From a bacterium (GTDB taxonomy: Bacteria > DRYD01), in NCBI GenBank assembly GCA_030549815.1, contig JAUQQQ010000005.1, forward strand, positions 6,739 to 70,738: DNA of 64,000 bases, in the 5' to 3' direction. The first letter of the stretch is position 1, and each line of letters starts with the position of its first letter. Below are positions 59,221-64,000 of the stretch, piece by piece. A program made the translations under genes and the position numbers. The notes under the pieces are model-generated. The model saw only the letters and a list, made by a program, of their open reading frames with translations, searched no databases and had not been told where the DNA came from.

Positions 59221-60702
59221 TTATTTTCTCACATCTATTGCTGCTGGCGTTGAAAATAATCCAGGTATAGTTGATGCCACTACAGCATTCCTTGTTAAAT
59301 CAACAACATCTACCTTTTTATCAGCTTTACAAGATACATATAATTTCAATCCATTAGGGTCTATACCCATATAAGTAGGTCCCGCACTGGTTTGAATATT
59401 AGCTACGATTTTACTACTTAATACATCTATTACACTTACCGTATTTGATCCCTCATTTGACACATAAACCCATCTCAGAGAAGGATGAACAATTATCTTT
59501 GATGGTTTATAACCAGTCCTGAATCTTCCCACCTCTATATTATTTTTTGCATCAACCAATGAAACTGTATTATCGTTGTAGTTAGCGACATAAACTCTTC
59601 TTCCATCAGGTGTAGCCACCCCTAAAGGCTGATTACCAACTTTCAATATATTTAATACTTCGAGAGTTTTAGCATTTAAAGTTAGCAAGTAACCATTACT
59701 GTTATCTCCATAGGAAACAAACAATTTTTCATTATCGGGAGAAATAGCAAGACCATTAGGTTGCAATACTCCAAGTTTAGATGTTTTTGGATTCTTATAA
59801 AGTTCTATCGCAGACACGGGGAAATCTTTCGATGAATCAATCATCAATATTTTCGGGCTCGGTCCCATCAAAGAAACATAAACGTAATTTTGTCCCACTA
59901 CCATATCAGAAGGAATACTTTCATTCGAAAGTGAAAATTTATTCATAACTTTATTATTTTGATCAGGAGAAATAACGTAAAAATTAGATTTATAATCAAG
60001 CGCGTATAATTTTCTGTATGAAGGATGAAATTTAACCAAATTAACCCTTCCATCAACCTTAGCAACTGCTTTTATTTTGCCATCAGTTTGGGTACTCATG
60101 ATAGATATAGCATTAACCGAGTTGTACATCATTATGCCATCTTGCCCATACTGGGTAAAATACTTTCTATCTGCGTATTCTAAGGGGTTATGTCCGTACT
60201 GAATGGCAGCCATATCCGAAACATCTTCGGGGCCGGCAGAAAATGGTATCCCACCAGGAGCATCAGTATCAGCAGGAAAAGCTATATAAACTTTATCAGT
60301 TGCTGGATTATAATCCATCCCAACTGTTGATGTATCCAAAGTTGCTGTTTTCTCAGGTTCAAGAATAACATTAATTATCTTTGTTTCTCCCGGATTAAGC
60401 AATATTTGCAATATTTGTGGTTTGAATTGTGGTTTCGATAATGTCATTTTATACTGTCCTGGGGGTAAATTTATAAATTCGAAGGATGCACTTGCTGTTG
60501 TCACAAATTGTTGAGGCAAACCAGGAGTTGGTTGTATAGGTTCAAGATAGATAATTACTCCTATGCCTGGAGCAACACCAGATCCAACTCCAGGGGTTAC
60601 AGAATAATCCAACATTACATTTCCCCTTATCTGACCTAAATTAGCCCAAACCGATATAGTAAATAATGTTAATATCAATGCAAAAAATAGCAATCTCCTC
60701 AT
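59221..60702 (-). CDS. Exported YVTN/YncE beta-propeller with carboxypeptidase-regulatory-like N-domain
   Basis: Signal peptide, NLPPGQYKMT, PDGRRVYVANYNDNTVSLVD and YVSNEGSNTVSVID repeats. Confidence 0.85.
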   Translation of the reverse strand: MRRLLFFALILTLFTISVWANLGQIRGNVMLDYSVTPGVGSGVAPGIGVIIYLEPIQPTPGLPQQFVTTASASFEFINLPPGQYKMTLSKPQFKPQILQILLNPGETKIINVILEPEKTATLDTSTVGMDYNPATDKVYIAFPADTDAPGGIPFSAGPEDVSDMAAIQYGHNPLEYADRKYFTQYGQDGIMMYNSVNAISIMSTQTDGKIKAVAKVDGRVNLVKFHPSYRKLYALDYKSNFYVISPDQNNKVMNKFSLSNESIPSDMVVGQNYVYVSLMGPSPKILMIDSSKDFPVSAIELYKNPKTSKLGVLQPNGLAISPDNEKLFVSYGDNSNGYLLTLNAKTLEVLNILKVGNQPLGVATPDGRRVYVANYNDNTVSLVDAKNNIEVGRFRTGYKPSKIIVHPSLRWVYVSNEGSNTVSVIDVLSSKIVANIQTSAGPTYMGIDPNGLKLYVSCKADKKVDVVDLTRNAVVASTIPGLFSTPAAIDVRK

Positions 60703-60819
60703 TTCTTACACCCCCTATTTTTATTTTACACAAAACATCACTAAAATCCTCACTTTCCAACAAAATTTTTACTGAAAAAGGAAAAATCAAAATAATATAC
60801 AAAATAAGATATTGGGAAG

Positions 60820-61338
60820 ATGTTAAAAAATAACAAAGCAAATGATATAGAAGTTAGCGTAGATAATCTATCTTTTTTAGACGTTTTTACTGTTCAAAAA
60901 TATCTGGACGATATAGAAATAGCTAAAAAAGCTTTTGGTGTTACTAATGAAAGTCAACAACTGTTTGAAAATATAAACAAACTAAAAAAAAGTCTCTTAC
61001 TAAACAGAAGCAATTTTAAATCAATAAAATACAATAGGAAAACAGTTGGATTCATTCAAATACATTACGAAAATATCAATCAAGTTAAAATAGGTATAGT
61101 AATAGGAGAAAAAAAGTATTGGGGTAAGAACATAGGTAGCATAGCATTAAAAAAAACCATAGATCTACTTTTCAAGAATGATAATAACTTAACTACTATA
61201 ACTTTAGACACAGCATCCTACAACGTTATAGCAAAAAAATGTTTTGAGAAAGTTGGGTTTAAGGTTTACAAAGAAGAAAATGGAAAAGTTTATATGTTTT
61301 TAAGTAGAGATAGTTATGAGAAGGGAAATATTAAATAA
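60820..61338 (+). CDS. GNAT N-acetyltransferase (RimJ/RimL-like)
   Basis: IGIVIGEKKYWGKNIG, NVIAKKCFEKVGF. Confidence 0.85.
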   Translation: MLKNNKANDIEVSVDNLSFLDVFTVQKYLDDIEIAKKAFGVTNESQQLFENINKLKKSLLLNRSNFKSIKYNRKTVGFIQIHYENINQVKIGIVIGEKKYWGKNIGSIALKKTIDLLFKNDNNLTTITLDTASYNVIAKKCFEKVGFKVYKEENGKVYMFLSRDSYEKGNIK

Positions 61339-61363
61339 TGGAGAATTTTATATAATGATGTAT

Positions 61364-61448
61364 GGGCAGGTGGCCGAGCGGTCAAAGGCATGGGACTGTA
61401 AATCCCACGGGCGAGAGCCCTTCAGTGGTTCAAATCCACTCCTGCCCA
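61364..61448 (+). tRNA. tRNA-Tyr(GTA)
   Basis: GGGCAGG/CCTGCCC acceptor stem, TGGGA-CTGTAAA-TCCCA anticodon arm, long variable arm, GGTTCAAATCC; CCA not encoded; TATAAT at 61351. Confidence 0.96.
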
Positions 61449-61472
61449 AACTTCCTGGGAGCTGAGTAAAGA

Positions 61473-62024
61473 TTGCTCAAAAAAGGAAATGTTTTCCTTA
61501 CTCCTATAGAGAGGCACAACCTGGTAACGTTCCATCAATGGCTAAAAGAACTTGAAAATTTTTTCCTTTTCTCGGAATTCTTCATAACCCAACCAAGTTT
61601 AGATGAATTAGAATACTGGTATAACTCACTTCTAAATAACTTTAGAAATAAAGTATTTATCATAAACTCAATCGACTCAAGAACACCCATAGGAATTGTA
61701 GAATTATCAAGAATAGATTGGAAAAACAGAAATGCAGCCATAGGAATAATAATAGGAAATAAACAACACAGGCAAAAAGGATTTGCAACAACCGCAATAA
61801 AAATTATCATAGATTTAGCATTCAATCATTGGAACCTACACAAATTATACGCTTTAGTAGTAGAAAACAACTTACCTTCAGTAAAACTATTCGAAAAATT
61901 AAAATTTACCAAAGAGGCAGTTTTAAGAGAAACCATATTCTTTGAATCAAAATATTACAACCAAATAGTTTTCTCACTCCTTAAAAACGAATATGAACAA
62001 AACATTGATTTCTACAACAGTTAA
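61473..62024 (+). CDS. GNAT N-acetyltransferase (RimJ/RimL/SpeG-like)
   Basis: IDWKNRNAAIGIIIG..RQKGFA, AFNHWNLHKL, NLPSVKLFEKLKF. Confidence 0.88.
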   Translation: MLKKGNVFLTPIERHNLVTFHQWLKELENFFLFSEFFITQPSLDELEYWYNSLLNNFRNKVFIINSIDSRTPIGIVELSRIDWKNRNAAIGIIIGNKQHRQKGFATTAIKIIIDLAFNHWNLHKLYALVVENNLPSVKLFEKLKFTKEAVLRETIFFESKYYNQIVFSLLKNEYEQNIDFYNS

Positions 62025-62277
62025 TACATTTAAAATAATTTTAATAGCAATGATTATCTTTGCAATTTATAAAGAAATAGGGGAATTAACTAAATTACAA
62101 AAGACAAACCAACACCTAAAACAGGAAATAACAGAAAAAGAAACACATTTACAAAAATTACAAAACATCATTATTTTATACTCAAACAAAGATTTTATAT
62201 ATCCATATTTAGTAAGAAAATATGGATTGACAGATAAAAAGGAAGCAAAACTCTACATAATGGAGGTGCAAAACTAA
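61993..62277 (+). CDS. Septum formation initiator (FtsB/DivIC-like)
   Basis: TM, short coiled coil, VRKYGL..KE. Confidence 0.6.
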   Translation: MNKTLISTTVNTFKIILIAMIIFAIYKEIGELTKLQKTNQHLKQEITEKETHLQKLQNIIILYSNKDFIYPYLVRKYGLTDKKEAKLYIMEVQN

Positions 62278-62433
62278 ATGTCAAAAAAGAAAAATAATAA
62301 AGAAAACATGAAACAAGAAAACCCACAAGAAAAATCAGATAGAGAATTTGAAAAAAAATTAAAGAAATTTCTTAAAGATAGTGCACAAAATATTGCACAA
62401 GCCAAAAAAAATATCGAAAGAAAACAAAAATAA
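62278..62433 (+). CDS. 51-aa protein resembling the C-terminal tail of YabR-type S1 proteins
   Basis: Not in ORF track; GGAGGTG RBS, TAAATG junctions at both ends; FEKKLKKFLKDSAQNIAQAKKNIERK. Confidence 0.65.
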   Translation: MSKKKNNKENMKQENPQEKSDREFEKKLKKFLKDSAQNIAQAKKNIERKQK

Positions 62434-63147
62434 ATGAATACCGATTTTGTAGGATATACAGGTAAAACAGGAAGCATAGTATTTAACGAACTTAAAAAAG
62501 AATTTAATTTTAAAAATCTAATTAACTCCAAAAACTACAAAGAATACATAAAAAATATCGAAGATAATACAATAATAATCGACTTCTCCACAAAAGAATT
62601 CGTTATAGAATTTATTAATTCGGTTAATAAAAATTTTTCATCGTTTTTCTACATAACTGGTGTTACAGGCTTTTCCGAAGAAGAATTCCAAAGAATAAAT
62701 ATAAAGTTCAAAGAACTAAACATAAAAGGCTTTCACTTCCCAAACTTCAGCATAGGAGTTAATTTACTAAATAGTTTCGTAAAAAAAATTAGCATGTATT
62801 TCGATAACGCAGAAATAATAGAAATGCATCACAAAACAAAAAAAGATAAACCATCAGGAACCGCATTAACAACTTCTAAAATAATAAAAAACACTTGGAA
62901 AGAAAAAAACCTGGAAAATGAAGTTAATATCCACTCAGTTAGACTGCCCTCATTAGTAGCACACCAAACAGTAATATTTTCCAACGAATTTGGAGAAGTA
63001 TTGGAAATTACGCACCACAGCCTAAACAGAATATCCTTCGCTTTGGGAGTAAAAAAAGTACTTGAAAAAATATTAAAAGATGGGATTGAAAAATGGGAGT
63101 CAGGATTATCTTACAATCTCAATCTTTTTGATGTTATAGAAAAGTAA
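62434..63147 (+). CDS. dapB: 4-hydroxy-tetrahydrodipicolinate reductase
   Basis: GYTGKTG, IDFS, GVTG, PNFSIG, EMHHKTKKDKPSGTA, HSVRLP. Confidence 0.9.
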   Translation: MNTDFVGYTGKTGSIVFNELKKEFNFKNLINSKNYKEYIKNIEDNTIIIDFSTKEFVIEFINSVNKNFSSFFYITGVTGFSEEEFQRINIKFKELNIKGFHFPNFSIGVNLLNSFVKKISMYFDNAEIIEMHHKTKKDKPSGTALTTSKIIKNTWKEKNLENEVNIHSVRLPSLVAHQTVIFSNEFGEVLEITHHSLNRISFALGVKKVLEKILKDGIEKWESGLSYNLNLFDVIEK

Positions 63148-63287
63148 TATACAAAGGGTTCCTAGTGCAAATAATTTGTATTGTTAGCCCATAGTTAGAT
63201 AAAAAAACACCAAGTTAAGTAGATAGTATCGGTTCATCGTAAAGTTGAAAGCAAATTTTGGGTTTCCCCAATCGTATCAATTCATTT

Positions 63288-63902
63288 CTATCTAGCTTTT
63301 CTATTTATTCTGTTTATTACGTTATTCGTTACTCCTTCATTGAAAACTATATAAATACTACTACCATAAGGCCTTGTAGAATCGACAGTAAATTGCCCAT
63401 ACCATGCCTCTACTGAGCTATAATAGTTGTCCCCTATTTTTACTATATAATCATATTGGTTGTAATAAGAATAAATCCCAATATCAACACGGCTGACTGT
63501 ATATGTATCGTAATTGAACTTTGAATACGTTCCTCCATACCCATCATTAACATAAACAGTTTTGTTATTATTCCAGTTATTAGCGTCAAAATATACGTAT
63601 GCGGTTTCATTCCATTCATAACTGCCAAGCCACTCTATTCCCCCACCTGCAACCTTCCTTAAAACCTTTACATAAAGGTACTTATAATTAAGGTTGGTAG
63701 TAGTAGTGGTTGTATTAGTTGTAGTTATTGTGGTTGTAGGGAATGTATTAGTAGTTGTAGTAGTGAAAGTGGGAAAAGAGGAAGTAGGGAAAGATGAAGT
63801 ATCAAAAGTTGGTAGAGGACCTACTCCACCTCCACCACCAGAACATGCTAATATTATACCCAATGAAACCAATACTATAAAAACCAAGAATAAGTATCTC
63901 AT
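63288..63902 (-). CDS. Lipoprotein with Gly/Thr-rich linker
   Basis: Lipobox IILA-C, SGGGGG, poly-Thr stretch; GGAGG RBS. Confidence 0.8.
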   Translation of the reverse strand: MRYLFLVFIVLVSLGIILACSGGGGGVGPLPTFDTSSFPTSSFPTFTTTTTNTFPTTTITTTNTTTTTTNLNYKYLYVKVLRKVAGGGIEWLGSYEWNETAYVYFDANNWNNNKTVYVNDGYGGTYSKFNYDTYTVSRVDIGIYSYYNQYDYIVKIGDNYYSSVEAWYGQFTVDSTRPYGSSIYIVFNEGVTNNVINRINRKAR

Positions 63903-64000
63903 ATCACTCCCTCCTTTGACCTATTTCAAAGCATTTAGAGTTATATTTAAGGAATTTATTTATAGGCATAGCACCTACCAAAAAGTTAGCATTTTCGTAC

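Noticed and set aside
61364-61448. tRNA-Tyr as an island integration site
   Set aside because: No integrase and no duplicated tRNA 3' end noticed in the window

Overview
Strongly AT-rich bacterial chromosomal window, densely coding, with about 60 CDS, one tRNA-Tyr and no recognisable IS, prophage or CRISPR array. Housekeeping genes (lptB, leuB, lgt, suhB, accC, a GyrA/ParC-family subunit, minCDE, rplU, mutL, murB, rplR-rpsE-rplO, glnA, ispE, dapB) are mostly detached from their usual operons. Outer-membrane markers sit beside Firmicutes-like genes. Most notable: (1) two intergenic copies (8709-8748, 53315-53350) of the same covarying H-type RNA pseudoknot, each starting 2-3 nt after a stop codon; (2) a type IV pilin fused via (PGTPSD)7 to a Hint domain that retains C1, TxxH and N/C+1; (3) five exact TGTWAA-N5-TGTWAA boxes upstream of both minor-pilin clusters and two orphan genes; (4) a translationally coupled membrane GrpE-like / atypical Clp ATPase / FHA / coiled-coil module; (5) a tandem CHAP/NlpC-like protein with one dead and one intact copy; (6) a disrupted PilX-like gene with a decayed duplicate at the cluster end; (7) a 19-Cys mini-protein and an S1-less YabR-tail micro-ORF. 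All calls come from reading motifs by eye; no searches were run.
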